From Alphaproteobacteria bacterium (GTDB taxonomy: Bacteria > Pseudomonadota > Alphaproteobacteria > RF32 > CAG-239): DNA of 61,208 nt. Both the position numbers and the translations under genes were made by a program. Of this stretch, positions 29,371 through 37,552 are shown piece by piece (within the stretch, counting starts at the first letter, position 1; every line of letters starts with the position of its first letter). The notes below the pieces were generated by a model. That model ran no database searches. It worked only from the letters and a program-made list of their open reading frames with translations, and was not told where the DNA came from. The stretch spans positions 1-61,208 of the forward strand of contig JAZQZB010000033.1 in assembly GCA_045633825.1 (NCBI GenBank), read 5' to 3'.

Positions 29371-29937
29371 ATGATTGGTATATTGTCGTTATTAGTGGCT
29401 GTTTTGTATACAACAAAGGTGTGGGCTAATCCGGCTTGTGCCGTATGTACCGTTGCAGTCGGTGCATCTTTGGAGGTGGCCAGAAGATATGGCGTTGATG
29501 ATGCGGTCGTCGGTGTTTGGGCCGGTGCTATGTTGGCTTTGTTGGGGTATTGGTTGATACTTTGGTTTGATAAAAAAAATTGGAATTTTGCCGGTCGTAA
29601 CTTTATATTGATGATGATTTCGGTGGCTTCTATCGGTTTTATGTATATTGAGATGCCTTATGCACCGAAAGTTATCGGAATTTTTTATATGGATCCGTTG
29701 TTGTTTAGTACAATTTTGGGCGCTTTGACTTTTATTTATGTATCAAAATTTTATCAGTGGATGAAAGCAAGAAACGGTGGGCATGCTCATTTCCCGTTTG
29801 AAAAAGTTGTTTTGCCGGTGTTGGCTTTGGCTCTTTTGAGTGTATATTTTAATTATTATCCGTTAGGTGAAGCATTACCTGTTAAAGTTGATTTATTAGA
29901 TGCTTCGGGATTGTATGAATTTTCGGGAGATAAATAG
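29371..29937 (+). CDS. Hypothetical membrane protein with an N-terminal CxxC
   Basis: 188 aa, about 5 TM. ANPACAVCTV follows a signal-like segment. Confidence 0.5.
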   Translation: MIGILSLLVAVLYTTKVWANPACAVCTVAVGASLEVARRYGVDDAVVGVWAGAMLALLGYWLILWFDKKNWNFAGRNFILMMISVASIGFMYIEMPYAPKVIGIFYMDPLLFSTILGALTFIYVSKFYQWMKARNGGHAHFPFEKVVLPVLALALLSVYFNYYPLGEALPVKVDLLDASGLYEFSGDK

Positions 29938-30528
29938 ATGAAAAAGGCAAAAGATGTAAAAGAATTTGTAGAAAGAGTTGATCAAGCTAAAAAGGTTAAT
30001 CCGAAAGATTTGTCATCAGATCAAGATTTGACTATTGCGATTATGAACCTTATTTCGATTGAAGAACATTTGGTTTTTTCCGGTGCTAAAACAGGTAAAA
30101 ATTCTTTTTATGATTTGGTCGAAGGTGTCAGAGAGCTCCGTAAAAATCTTATGCAACGCGTGATTCCCGAATATGAGGGCGAAGTTTGGTGTATTTCAAA
30201 GCACTTGTTATCATCGTCTATGCGTTTGATGGAAGTAGGCACAAAACAGCAATCATTAGGACATAAAGATTTGGCTTATGAATTGTTTAATCAAGCCTAT
30301 GATTTGTATTGTTTGTTCTGGGGACTTAATATGAAAATGCTTGATGTGTCTGATGTTAAGTGGGTTGAAGATAATTTGGAAGATATTAAAAAGATATCGG
30401 AAAAATTAGAGGAAAATAAGGCTCCGGTTAAAAAGAAAGAAGTAAAAGTTGAAACAAAAGTTGAGGGCGGTACTTTAGCTAAAATGAAAGCTTTTGTTAA
30501 AAAGGCTGTTGATTGTTGTATTGAATAA
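29938..30528 (+). CDS. Hypothetical soluble protein ending in a polybasic stretch plus CCIE
   Basis: 196 aa. Its start abuts the upstream stop (TAGATG). C-terminus KMKAFVKKAVDCCIE. Confidence 0.5.
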   Translation: MKKAKDVKEFVERVDQAKKVNPKDLSSDQDLTIAIMNLISIEEHLVFSGAKTGKNSFYDLVEGVRELRKNLMQRVIPEYEGEVWCISKHLLSSSMRLMEVGTKQQSLGHKDLAYELFNQAYDLYCLFWGLNMKMLDVSDVKWVEDNLEDIKKISEKLEENKAPVKKKEVKVETKVEGGTLAKMKAFVKKAVDCCIE

Positions 30529-30542
30529 GGTAATTATGAATT

Positions 30543-30576
30543 AAAAAAAACCTCCGAAATTTCGGAGGTTTTTTTA
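30543..30576. terminator. Bidirectional intrinsic terminator
   Basis: aaaaaaaacctccgaaatttcggaggttttttt. Confidence 0.75.
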
Positions 30577-30590
30577 GATAGTTGTTTTTG

Positions 30591-31838
30591 TTAGAACTTG
30601 TAGTTTACAGACAAACCCCAAATTTTAACCGAGTTTTCGTAGTCAGCATATATTCTGCGCTTTCCTGCATCATCAAGATTAACAGTAGCTTCTTTAGCTT
30701 GAATATATGTAAAGCCCATATCAAATGTCAAATTTTCGTTGTATTTGTATTCAAGACCTGTTGAATACCAAATGCGTCTTGAATCCGGAACGCGAGGGGT
30801 ACGATAATCAACTTTTACAGCTGCATCATCATAAGCCAAACCTAAACGAAGTTTCCATTGGTTGTCAATTTGATAAGAAGCACCGATAGCATAAAAGTTG
30901 GCATCTTCCCAATTTTCAGGAGTATAGCTTAACAAATAACTTCCATTAGGGTTTGTTCTTTCAGCGCCGTAAATATCGATGCTATCGAAAGAATTCCAGA
31001 ATACACGTTGGTATTCAGCCATAACAGCCCATTTGTCGTTGATTTCATGATAAGTACCGACAGATAACATAGCCGGAGTATCTATACGAGCAGTAATATC
31101 TTGGTTGAAGGCGGCACTCATAGGAGGTAAGATAGAACCGATGTTAGACTTAATGTCGCCTTTTAATTTGTGATTGATTTCACTACGATAGCTTACACCG
31201 AAACGAGTTTTTTCATTAAATTCATATAAGGCACTTAATTGATAACCGATATCAACACTTTCGCCTTCGATGGCAACACCTGCATTACCGGCTGCAGCAG
31301 TAGAAGTTAATCTGGCTTTGAAATATTGAATTGGTAAGCCGACACCAAGTGATAATTTATCGGTAGCTTTGTAAGCTAACATCGGAGTTGTGGTTACAGC
31401 AGTAACTTTTGATGTTGCACCATGATCAGCACCGGCCCAACGGTCATCATATTTAGTAATCATACCAAAAGGTATGTTAACACCTAAACCGAAAGTATAT
31501 TTGTCATTTAATTGTTGTGAATAAGACATATTCGGAGCAACGGCAGAGTGAACGATGTTGTGAACATCAGATTCATCACCCGAAACACCGTCAATATTGT
31601 GAGCCGAAGCTTCCGGAGCAATATATGTACCGCCGATATTAAATTGTTTACCTTTTTGACGGGTAAGACCGGCAGCATTAAAATATGCATAAGAGTTGTT
31701 TTCTGCACCGGCAGTAGCACCGGCAAAAGCATTACCCAAAGCTGCACCTGATTGTTCACGAAGATGGAATCCGGCAGCATTAGCATTTGCAATAGCCATA
31801 ACAGAAGCTAAAGCAGTAAATGTAAGAAGTTTTTTCAT
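30591..31838 (-). CDS. fadL: FadL/OmpP1 family outer-membrane long-chain fatty acid channel, paralog 1
   Basis: Signal peptide MKKLLTFTALASVMAIANANA. GFHLREQS hatch N-terminus. Beta-barrel repeats. C-terminal YKF. Confidence 0.85.
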   Translation of the reverse strand: MKKLLTFTALASVMAIANANAAGFHLREQSGAALGNAFAGATAGAENNSYAYFNAAGLTRQKGKQFNIGGTYIAPEASAHNIDGVSGDESDVHNIVHSAVAPNMSYSQQLNDKYTFGLGVNIPFGMITKYDDRWAGADHGATSKVTAVTTTPMLAYKATDKLSLGVGLPIQYFKARLTSTAAAGNAGVAIEGESVDIGYQLSALYEFNEKTRFGVSYRSEINHKLKGDIKSNIGSILPPMSAAFNQDITARIDTPAMLSVGTYHEINDKWAVMAEYQRVFWNSFDSIDIYGAERTNPNGSYLLSYTPENWEDANFYAIGASYQIDNQWKLRLGLAYDDAAVKVDYRTPRVPDSRRIWYSTGLEYKYNENLTFDMGFTYIQAKEATVNLDDAGKRRIYADYENSVKIWGLSVNYKF

Positions 31839-31846
31839 AGTACAAA

Positions 31847-31877
31847 CGTCCTTATTATTAAACACACGATAAGGACG
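31847..31877 (-). promoter_or_regulatory. 5'-UTR hairpin that includes the fadL-1 Shine-Dalgarno
   Basis: Minus strand shows a 9-bp stem cgtccttat/ataaggacg. The 3' arm carries aagga 9 nt before the ATG. Confidence 0.35.
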
Positions 31878-31901
31878 CTATACCATAAAATTCAATTTGT
31901 C

Positions 31902-31917
31902 AATCAATCGATTGATT
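31902..31917. promoter_or_regulatory. Perfect 16-bp palindrome AATCAATCGATTGATT upstream of fadL-1 (candidate TetR operator)
   Basis: Seen directly. 64-79 nt upstream of the fadL-1 ATG. The same core occurs at 32712-32723 and 37541-37552. Confidence 0.55.
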
Positions 31918-31929
31918 TTTTGTTGATAT

Positions 31930-32568
31930 TTATTTTTTTAAGTAGTCTAAAATGAAGTCAATTTGAGAGCTTGTATATCGCTGTAGCTCAAGTTGAGTCT
32001 TGTCATCATAGTCTTCCCATTCCATAAGTTTGCAAATTGATTCTTTGCGAGAAGCAAAAACAAAAAGCTGTGAAAAAAGCGGAAAAATATAAAAATAGCA
32101 ATTTTTTATATCAATGGTTTTGTTGCTTGCCAAATGGAGCAGGTTAGACATACGGTCATGAACCGGACGAATCAGTTCATCATATAAAATGTTGAATTCG
32201 TCTGTCGGGCTTGAGTACTCACTTAAGAAAACTTTTTTGACATTTGGTGATAGATCTTTGGAGCACAAAATGTTCAAAAAATATTCCGACATTTCTTTTA
32301 AGAGGATGCGAGCTTCTTTAGAATCTTGTTTTTCGATAACACTTGTGTAACGAGAGTTAAGCTCGGCCGTCATTTCGTTGATAGTGTCGACAATCTTTTT
32401 TAAGGCTGCGGTATAAATGCCTTTTTTGCCGCCAAAATAGTATAAGATTGAAGATATGTTGATGTCTGCTTTTGCTGCAATATCTCTGGTTGATGCGCCG
32501 GAAAAGCCGTTTTTGGCAAATTCTTCAAACGCAGACCATAGCAGCTTGCTTTTTGAATCTGCAGGCAT
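31930..32568 (-). CDS. TetR/AcrR family transcriptional regulator
   Basis: 212 aa. N-terminal HTH FAKNGFSGASTRDIAAKADINISSILYYFGGKKGIY. Confidence 0.85.
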   Translation of the reverse strand: MPADSKSKLLWSAFEEFAKNGFSGASTRDIAAKADINISSILYYFGGKKGIYTAALKKIVDTINEMTAELNSRYTSVIEKQDSKEARILLKEMSEYFLNILCSKDLSPNVKKVFLSEYSSPTDEFNILYDELIRPVHDRMSNLLHLASNKTIDIKNCYFYIFPLFSQLFVFASRKESICKLMEWEDYDDKTQLELQRYTSSQIDFILDYLKK

Positions 32569-32711
32569 TGTAAGGGGTACTCCTTTTAAATATATGTTAG
32601 TCTGGACTTTATAAGATGTTTATAATAGATATTTATTTTTTTCAATCATGTTTTATCCACTTTTGTGCAAAACTAAAAAAATAATTAAAAAACAGCATGT
32701 TACATCTTAAA

Positions 32712-32723
32712 TCAATCGATTGA
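32712..32723. promoter_or_regulatory. Palindrome TCAATCGATTGA in the divergent tetR/aas intergenic region (candidate operator)
   Basis: 12-bp perfect palindrome. 86 nt upstream of the aas GTG and 144 nt upstream of the tetR ATG. Confidence 0.5.
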
Positions 32724-32808
32724 ATTAGTGGTATAGTTTTTTTTTTCTTTACAGTTGCTGATAAAGTATTTAAAAAAGAGTTAACTTGAACTATTGGAGT
32801 AATATATC

Positions 32809-34977
32809 GTGAGAAATTTTGTACGTTTTTGTCTGCGTGTTATTTTTAATACTTTTAAGGTCAGATGTAATATTCAATTTGATGAAAACAAACTTCCGAC
32901 AAAGGCTGTTTATATTTCAAACCATGTGTCTTTTTTAGACCCGATTATGCTGTTTGCCTTTTTGCCGGGTAATCCTGTTTTTGCATTAAATGGTCATTTA
33001 TACCGTAATAAATGGATTAGAATGATTATGCAAACTGCTGATGTGATGCCGTTTAATCCGATTGAACCGTCTGATTTGAAAGAGTTGATAGCTAAAATTG
33101 ACAGCGGCAGATGTTGTGTGATGTTTGCAGAAGGTCGTATGACCGAAAATGGCGGTTTAATGAAGATTTATGAAGCTCCGGGATTGGCTGCTGATAAATC
33201 AGGTGCTCCGATTGTTCCTGTGTGGATTGATGGTCCGCAATTCGGTTATTTTTCAAAAACTAAAGGTAAATTGCCTCATCGTCCGTTGCCAAGAATTACT
33301 ATTACAGTCAGAAAACCTGTTAAGTTTAAGTTGAAAGATGAATTGCGTCGTCAACGTGATCACATTAGTAACGAAGTTTATATGATTATGCGTGATATGT
33401 GTTTTGATGCATCTAATAACGGTAATATATCTTTGTTCGGTATGTTGATGAAAGTAGCGAAAATTAACTCAAAACAAGGTTGGTTCCGTCGTGTGAAATT
33501 TTTTGAGGATATTAATCGTGAACCACAATCTTATAAAGATATTGTTATTAAATCTTTTGTTCTTGGTCGTTTCTTTAAGAAAATGACACAGCCGGGTGAA
33601 CATGTTGCTTTGTTGTTGCCAAATGCTTTGGCTACCGTTTGCTCATTCTTCGGTTTGTCAGCTTATGAACGTGTGCCGGTTATGTTAAACTTTTCGGTCG
33701 GCGCTAAAAATATGGTTTCGATGTGTAATACTGCTCAAGTTAAGATGGTTATTACATCGCATGCATTTATTCGTAATGCTAAAATGGAAGATGTTATTAC
33801 GGCAATTCGTGACGCCGGTTATAAAATCTTTTATTTGGAAGAATTGCGTAAGCATTTAACATTGAAAGATAAAATAGATGCTTATGTCAGATATAAAGTT
33901 AAACGTGTGCCACATCCTGAAGGCGGTAATAAAAAAGCAGTTATTTTGTTTACTTCCGGTTCGGAAGGTGCTCCGAAAGCCGTTGTTTTGAGCCACTCAA
34001 ATATTATTTCGAATGTGGATCAGTTGAATTGTATCGAAACATTGAATAACAAAGATACTTTACTTAATGCTTTACCGATGTTTCATAGTTTCGGTTTGAC
34101 GGTTGGTACTTTGTTCCCAATGTTTAACGGATGTAAATTGTTTTTGTATCCGTCTCCGTTACACTATCGTATTATTGCAGAGCTTTCTTATGAAATCGGT
34201 GCTACGGCTTTGCTTGGTACAGATACATTTTTCAGAGGTTATGCAAAAATTGCTCACCCGATGGATTTCCACTCTTTGCGTATTATGTATGGTGGTGCCG
34301 AAGCTATTAAGCCGGATACTCGTAATCTTTGGGGTGAAAGATTGGGAATCGCTGTTAAAGAAGCTTATGGTTCGACCGAATGTTCTCCCGTGGTTACTGC
34401 AAATAACCGAATCTTTAACCGTTTTGGTTCTATCGGTAAGTTGTTGCCGAAAATTCAACATAAAATTGTTCCGGTTGACGGAATCAAAAACGGTGGTGAA
34501 TTATGGGTTAAAGGTCCGAATGTGATGTTGGGATATATTCATCCGGATAAGCCGGGCGTGTTAGAGCCTTTGAAAGACGGTTGGTATCATACCGGTGATG
34601 TGGTAGAGATTGATGAAATCGGCTTTGTATATATTCGCGACAGAATTAAACGTTTTGCAAAAGTCGGTGGTGAAATGGTTTCATTAAATGCCGTTCATGA
34701 AACAGTTGTTAAAGCTTTTGAGGCCGATGGTGCTGAATGGGCATACGGAATCGTTGCTGTTCCTCATGACACCAAAGGTGAGCAGATTGTTTTGGCTACC
34801 AACAATAAAAAAGCAACAAATGATCGTTTGCACGCTTATATCAAACAAAATGCTTTGCCGGAACTTTATCTTCCTAGGGTTATTCTTTATCGTGATTCTT
34901 TGCCTGTGTTTGCGACAGGTAAGGCAGATAATGTGACACTTAAGAAAGAGGTTATGGATGAACTGGGTATTGCTTAA
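32809..34977 (+). CDS. aas: Bifunctional 2-acylglycerophosphoethanolamine acyltransferase / acyl-ACP synthetase (Aas-like)
   Basis: 722 aa. GTG start with SD ggag. N-terminal HxxxxD acyltransferase motif NHVSFLD. C-terminal AMP-binding FTSGSEGAPKAV. Confidence 0.85.
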   Translation: MRNFVRFCLRVIFNTFKVRCNIQFDENKLPTKAVYISNHVSFLDPIMLFAFLPGNPVFALNGHLYRNKWIRMIMQTADVMPFNPIEPSDLKELIAKIDSGRCCVMFAEGRMTENGGLMKIYEAPGLAADKSGAPIVPVWIDGPQFGYFSKTKGKLPHRPLPRITITVRKPVKFKLKDELRRQRDHISNEVYMIMRDMCFDASNNGNISLFGMLMKVAKINSKQGWFRRVKFFEDINREPQSYKDIVIKSFVLGRFFKKMTQPGEHVALLLPNALATVCSFFGLSAYERVPVMLNFSVGAKNMVSMCNTAQVKMVITSHAFIRNAKMEDVITAIRDAGYKIFYLEELRKHLTLKDKIDAYVRYKVKRVPHPEGGNKKAVILFTSGSEGAPKAVVLSHSNIISNVDQLNCIETLNNKDTLLNALPMFHSFGLTVGTLFPMFNGCKLFLYPSPLHYRIIAELSYEIGATALLGTDTFFRGYAKIAHPMDFHSLRIMYGGAEAIKPDTRNLWGERLGIAVKEAYGSTECSPVVTANNRIFNRFGSIGKLLPKIQHKIVPVDGIKNGGELWVKGPNVMLGYIHPDKPGVLEPLKDGWYHTGDVVEIDEIGFVYIRDRIKRFAKVGGEMVSLNAVHETVVKAFEADGAEWAYGIVAVPHDTKGEQIVLATNNKKATNDRLHAYIKQNALPELYLPRVILYRDSLPVFATGKADNVTLKKEVMDELGIA

Positions 34978-35101
34978 AACTTGTATAACAGCTCATCTAG
35001 AGCAATTTTACGGGGTAGTTAAAAATTCACGTAGCTATTTGTACGCTAAAATTTTTAACACCCCTAGAAATTACTCTATCTGAACTATTCTCCAAGTTTT
35101 T
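34976..35101. repeat. Palindromic nested-hairpin element, copy B1 (overlaps the aas stop codon)
   Basis: Arms aaaacttgtataacagctcatctagagcaattttacggggtagttaaaaatt / aatttttaacacccctagaaattactctatctgaactattctccaagtttt. Confidence 0.7.
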
Positions 35102-35103
35102 AG

Positions 35104-35231
35104 AAAAAACTCGTATAAAAGTTTTCTAGAGCCATTTTTTGCGGGCGAGAAAAATTCATGTACTATCAGTGTACACTAAAATTTTTCTCGCCTTAAAAAT
35201 AACTCTATAAATTCTTTTCTCCGAGTTTTTT
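35104..35231. repeat. Palindromic nested-hairpin element, copy B2 (near-identical to 24515-24642 except the loop)
   Basis: Direct comparison. The arms differ at only a few positions. Loop is catgtactatcagtgtacactaa versus catgtaggtttatctacgactcaa. Confidence 0.8.
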
Positions 35232-35338
35232 ATTTTGACTTTATCTAAACTATTCTTCGACCTTAATGGAGAATGTAGGAGCCTTCTTTTTTTGCTTCTA
35301 TTAACCTCATTATTTTAAGTTTTTTATTTTGACTTTAT
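35232..35338. repeat. Degenerate third element bounded by a perfect 21-bp direct repeat
   Basis: agttttttattttgactttat occurs at 35224-35244 and 35318-35338. The intervening sequence shares atctaaactattct with the B1 arm and forms hairpin attcttc/ggagaat. Confidence 0.5.
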
Positions 35339-35565
35339 TTATCGGTTATAAGTATTTCGAATCTTTTGTTGTAAAAGGAAAGTAATCTTTTGAATTTTGT
35401 AAAAGAAACTTTGTTTCCTTTTTCAATTTCGTTTATTGAATTTAGTGATAAATCGCAGTGTAGGGCAACATCAGCAGTTGTTAATCCTTTTTCTATGCGA
35501 ATTTTTTTTAAATTTTGCCCCAATATTTTTAATACTTCGGCACGAAATGAATCTGTCATTTTCAT
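35335..35565 (-). CDS. XRE-family helix-turn-helix transcriptional regulator (76 aa)
   Basis: LKKIRIEKGLTTADVALHCDLSLNSINEIEKGNK is a typical HTH_3 pattern. SD gggag upstream. Confidence 0.75.
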   Translation of the reverse strand: MKMTDSFRAEVLKILGQNLKKIRIEKGLTTADVALHCDLSLNSINEIEKGNKVSFTKFKRLLSFYNKRFEILITDK

Positions 35566-35586
35566 AAACTCCCGTTTGATTTTGTT

Positions 35587-35800
35587 AAAACAAAACCGCC
35601 TTTTTAATCAAAAAAGGCGGGGAGTTCGAAACTGCAAAAGAACAGCCTGAGTTATTCGAGCATAAGCCTTATATCCCCAGCTCCCCATCAGGAGATGTTC
35701 TTATTTCTTTTGGGAGTTTCGACACTCCGCAAAGGCAACTTACCTTTGCGAAATTTAAGCTAATAGATTTTAAGTAATTTGGCAAGAATATTTTTAAATC
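35587..35800 (-). ncRNA. Tandem unit 1: promoter-like boxes, about 150 nt of GC-enriched structured sequence, minus-strand terminator
   Basis: Minus strand reads -35 TTGCCA (35780-35785), 17 nt, -10 TAGCTT (35757-35762). Terminator ccgcctttttt/aaaaaggcgg is followed by ttttgtttt at 35587-35620. Internal hairpins present. No conserved ORF. Confidence 0.45.
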
Positions 35801-36014
35801 AAAAACAAACCCGCCTTTTTAATCAAAAAAGGCGGGGAGTTCGAAACTGCACAAGAACAGCCTGAGTTATTCGAGCATAAGCCTTATATCCTCAGCTCCC
35901 CATCAGGAGATGTTCTTATTATTTTGTGGGAGTTTCGAAGCTCCGCAAAGGCAACTCACCCTTGCGAAATTTAAGCTAATAGATTTTAAGTAATTTGGCA
36001 AGAATATTTTTTAT
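35801..36014 (-). ncRNA. Tandem unit 2 (a few substitutions and small indels relative to unit 1)
   Basis: -35 TTGCCA (35996-36001), 17 nt, -10 TAGCTT (35973-35978). Same terminator at 35801-35834. Confidence 0.45.
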
Positions 36015-36046
36015 CTTTGAAAATCAAGACTAAAAAAAGAGGAATA

Positions 36047-37012
36047 TTATTTTTTGATGGTGTTGGTTGTTAACTTTGTCAATAAATCAGGATTTACTTC
36101 TGATGTTTTAATAACCGGTTGTTCAGGAGTTTTTATACCACGAAGTTCAGCTATTCTATCGGGATTAATTTTAGCGTTCTGTTCAGTTTTTGTCTCCGGA
36201 TATCTTTCGTCAAGAAATTTAGCTCGGGATTTTAGTAAAGAGTTATCTTTTGAGTTTAGATATTCCTTAAAAGCTGTTATTGAGTTTTCATAACCGGCAT
36301 TTGTGGTCATTTTAGCACCGATACTATCAGCAAAGAATTCTTCTTTATCTTTTAATCCGCCGGTATATCCTAAAGGTCGAGAAGAAACATCTATAAAATG
36401 TCCAAATTCATGTGCTATAAGCATGGGAAGGATATTTTTGTTGTTTTCATCAAAACAGCCTTTGTTTATGTTTATTATTACATTTTTCCCATTGGATTTT
36501 GTATATTCATCATCCTTAAATTTTCCGTCAATAGATTTATCATCTAATATGTTTATTGTAATATTTTTATCTTTGAGTGCTGTATCTAAAAATTCATTCT
36601 TTTTGCGAAGTGTATCTAAAATATTTTGGGTATACTTCAGCTCATCAGGAGCGTCAATAGTATTGTTTTTCATCCATATAAATGGTGAGTGTTCTCGATC
36701 GACGATTTTGCTGGTGGTTGTTTCTATGGGATGAAGATTATGTTCTTTACTCAACTTGTTAAAATGTTCGTCTAAATTAAATCCGTCAGCTTCTATTTTT
36801 CTATTTTGTTCAATTTGCTTTTGCGATGCTGTTTGTGTGCAAGACATCAGATTTTGAATAGGGGCAGGGTTTTTGTTTGTTGACATTTGTTCAAGAGCAT
36901 AGATTTTGGCTTTCTCAAACATTTGATGATGTTCGCCACTAATATTAACGTAATTATTTTGTTTCAATTCTTCTAAGGTTTTTAGAATTTCATCAAATTG
37001 AATATTTGTCAT
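36047..37012 (-). CDS. HExxH zinc-metallopeptidase-like protein (ImmA/IrrE M78-like motif spacing), 321 aa
   Basis: LIAHEFGHFID, then about 20 aa later EEFFADSIGAKM (compare HExxH...E..A..FA). No signal peptide. Long unrecognised N-terminal half. Confidence 0.5.
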   Translation of the reverse strand: MTNIQFDEILKTLEELKQNNYVNISGEHHQMFEKAKIYALEQMSTNKNPAPIQNLMSCTQTASQKQIEQNRKIEADGFNLDEHFNKLSKEHNLHPIETTTSKIVDREHSPFIWMKNNTIDAPDELKYTQNILDTLRKKNEFLDTALKDKNITINILDDKSIDGKFKDDEYTKSNGKNVIININKGCFDENNKNILPMLIAHEFGHFIDVSSRPLGYTGGLKDKEEFFADSIGAKMTTNAGYENSITAFKEYLNSKDNSLLKSRAKFLDERYPETKTEQNAKINPDRIAELRGIKTPEQPVIKTSEVNPDLLTKLTTNTIKK

Positions 37013-37065
37013 AATATTATACTCCCTGTAGATAATATTGTATCATAAATCATGAAAAAATCAAA

Positions 37066-37095
37066 ACAAAACCGCCTCAAGTTAATGAGACGGTT
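37066..37095 (-). terminator. Intrinsic terminator after rpsU
   Basis: Minus strand stem accgtctca/tgaggcggt followed by tttgttttgatttttt. Confidence 0.55.
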
Positions 37096-37125
37096 TAAGA
37101 TTTTATTTTTTAGAAAAATTCTAAA

Positions 37126-37332
37126 TTAGAATCCTTCAGTATCTAAGCGTTTACGCAACTGTTTGCGAGCACGACGAATGGCTTCAGCTTGACGACGAGC
37201 TTTCTTTTCAGAATTCTTTTCGTGACAACGGCGAAGTTTCATCTCACGGAAGATACCTTCACGTTGCATCTTTTTCTTCAAAACTTTCAAAGATTGTCCG
37301 ACATCATTACCAATAACAGTAACTTGAACCAC
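37126..37332 (-). CDS. rpsU: 30S ribosomal protein S21
   Basis: 68 aa. GTG start with SD aagggg. [15 protein letters not shown]...EKK.RR. Confidence 0.85.
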   Translation of the reverse strand: MVQVTVIGNDVGQSLKVLKKKMQREGIFREMKLRRCHEKNSEKKARRQAEAIRRARKQLRKRLDTEGF

Positions 37333-37540
37333 TTAAATCACCCCTTTTCATATAAGTTTTAAGGTTAATCCAATAAATCATTTGGTTTGTAACATTTTGT
37401 ATCATAAAAATCAAGTATTTTTTTAAGTCTATTTTGTGAAAAAATAGGTGTTTTGTTATAAAAAATTTAGTTGTTGTTAATTTTTTTAACGGCTTAACAT
37501 ATTGAAAAATAACAAAAAATAAAAATAATTTAAAAATAAT

Positions 37541-37552
37541 TCAATCGATTGA
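37541..37552. promoter_or_regulatory. Palindrome TCAATCGATTGA upstream of fadL-2 (candidate TetR operator)
   Basis: 63-74 nt upstream of the fadL-2 ATG. The extended match TCAATCGATTGATTGA is shared with fadL-1. Confidence 0.5.

Noticed and set aside
31508-31792. 94-aa ORFs inside both fadL genes (31508..31792 minus, 37661..37945 plus) and their antisense partners
   Set aside because: They are alternative-frame or antisense products of the duplicated fadL sequence. Their 'conservation' is only a by-product of the fadL duplication.
34103-34525. 140-aa alternative-frame ORF and 100-aa antisense ORF within aas
   Set aside because: They are embedded in the AMP-binding domain coding region of a well-supported 722-aa ORF.
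35390-35650. 86-aa plus-strand ORF across the xre gene and into tandem unit 1
   Set aside because: It is antisense to the HTH ORF and runs through the terminator hairpin. It is not repeated in unit 2.
35587-36014. Tandem 214-bp units as a CRISPR array or as small-peptide genes
   Set aside because: There are only two long near-identical units and no short repeat/spacer periodicity. The candidate 26-codon (minus) and 22-codon (plus) ORFs are broken or frameshifted in the second copy.
36054-36734. Plus-strand ORFs of 79 and 143 aa opposite the HExxH gene
   Set aside because: They are antisense to the longer ORF that carries the HEFGH motif. Their composition is hydrophobic and low-complexity, typical of AT-rich antisense frames.
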